From Octopus vulgaris (lineage: Eukaryota), in contig OX597817.1 of assembly GCA_951406725.2 (NCBI GenBank), positions 25,978,001 to 26,042,000 on the forward strand: a DNA stretch of 64,000 nt, read 5' to 3'. Of this stretch, positions 62,600-64,000 are shown in pieces. A program made the translations under genes and the position numbers. Within the stretch, counting starts at the first letter, position 1, and each line of letters opens with the position of its first letter. The notes beneath the pieces were generated by a model that saw nothing but the letters and a program-made list of their open reading frames with translations, ran no database searches and was not told the origin of the DNA.

Positions 62600-63110
62600 C
62601 TCTATTATCTAACACACCGGTTCAGTTTCCACTCATTTGTTATTTATATTTTTCTTCCGAAATTTTCGTTGCTTTTGCACCCTTGTCAAGGGATGGTGAC
62701 TCTGACCATTACTGGAGCCGCATTTTTTGTTTGTGCGCATGTATGTCTGTATATGCATAAATGTATGTGTGTATGTAGCTATGTAGCTATGTATGTATGT
62801 ATTCTGCACATTTATGCATTCATATGTACAAGTTTGTGTGTTTGTATGTATGTGTGTCTGTATTTGTGTGTGTACCTCTGTCTCCTTGTGTGTGCGTCTG
62901 AGTGTGTCTATGTGTATGGGTTTGTGTGACTATGTATGTGCGTCTGTTATGCATGGATATATATCTCCATATGTGTGTGTGGAGTCTGTGTGTGCATCAC
63001 CTTTTGTGCAAGTGTGCTCGTGTGTGTGTGCATGCTTCACTGTCTGTATTACCTATGTACCTACTTATCTATGTATCTATCTGTTTACTTACATAATATA
63101 TATATATATA

Positions 63111-63600
63111 CTAGCATTAAAGACCCGTCGTTGCCGGGTCAAAGTGCTACTGCATGTATATATGTGTATATATATGTGTACATATTATATGTACATCTAT
63201 ATACATACATCTACACATAAAATACAAAATACGAAGTTATATCTTGATATCGCTAGTGATAACAATACTCAAAATATATAACAGACTGGAATTGTTAGCC
63301 CGTCTCTTGTAATTTCGATCAATTGTATCTTGTCATCCTTCTTGTATAGAAGTGTGGCTACAATCCAGCCTACCTCTACTTCTGGGGTGGGGGTGGGGCA
63401 TTTTTAATTTTTATCCGGGACGTCCTACGTCCCAGATATAAAGGTAAAAATAAAATATTTCCACTTTGCAAGTTCGAGTTGAGTACTACCTTGCACGCTC
63501 CGTTGACTCGAACCTTGCTTCTAATCAGTGGTAAATTTACCGCCTCTGATTAGATACCTTTCATAGTCGCACCAAGACACTTTTCGAAGGTGCTTTCCTC
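63111..63600 (-). mobile_element. Helitron 3' end, different family; 5' boundary not found
   Basis: CTAG at 63111-63114 beside (TA)n and hairpin GACCCG-tcgttgc-CGGGTC at 63122-63140. Confidence 0.6.
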
Positions 63601-64000
63601 CATGTTGTTTTATTATTACCCACAAGGGGCGAACATAGATGGGACAATACAATCTGATGATGGGGTCAGACACACAAATGGGTTTTTACAATAAATCGAA
63701 TTTTAAAATTTTCATGAATTACAATAAATGAACAGAAATCGAATGATGGGACAGACCGGAAGACATTACGGGTGGAGTGGGTGCGGGTTTAGCTCGGACC
63801 CCACGAGCCCCGCCTCCCCACTGATACTTTTGGTTGCGCTTGGTATTATATTTATGTTGTATCTTTCACTCGCAACTTTCGTGCTACATCCTTCCATCGT
63901 TCTTCATACACTCTCCTAGTCAGGCATATTCTCTCCAGCCCTATCTTCCTTTTCAGGTGAAAGATGTAATAATTCATCAAACCAGGGCCGGAGATGAACT

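Noticed and set aside
62354-62929. 191-aa ORF
   Set aside because: Spans a hAT MITE and a TG-rich low-complexity tract.

Overview
AT-rich, repeat-saturated eukaryotic DNA, most likely intronic or intergenic. The repeat content (tRNA-headed SINEs, RTE, CR1, Tx1 and Dong/R4 remnants, very dense microsatellites) points to a coleoid cephalopod, probably Octopus; this is an inference. No host gene could be confidently identified. Almost every ORF in the track is a microsatellite or transposon artefact, and only weak splice-signal-based exon candidates remain. Supported content: about 20 copies of one SINE family plus at least three other SINE families; about 11 3' ends of an RTE LINE carrying variable tandem arrays of a compact H-type pseudoknot-like unit; a decayed D,D34D mariner; three Helitron pieces; a hAT MITE with an 8-bp TSD; several foldback elements; and two precise 558-bp elements sitting in (TAA)n arrays. 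The most notable signal is a set of minimal Penelope-type hammerhead ribozyme motifs (6 motifs in 4 elements). One TSD-flanked foldback at 18.4-18.76 kb carries a swapped G3:C8 core (GUGAACA instead of CUGANGA) in both arms. SINE family labels A, C, D, E and the RTE 3'-end label B are local to this report. All coordinates were read by eye, and element ends without a stated TSD are approximate.
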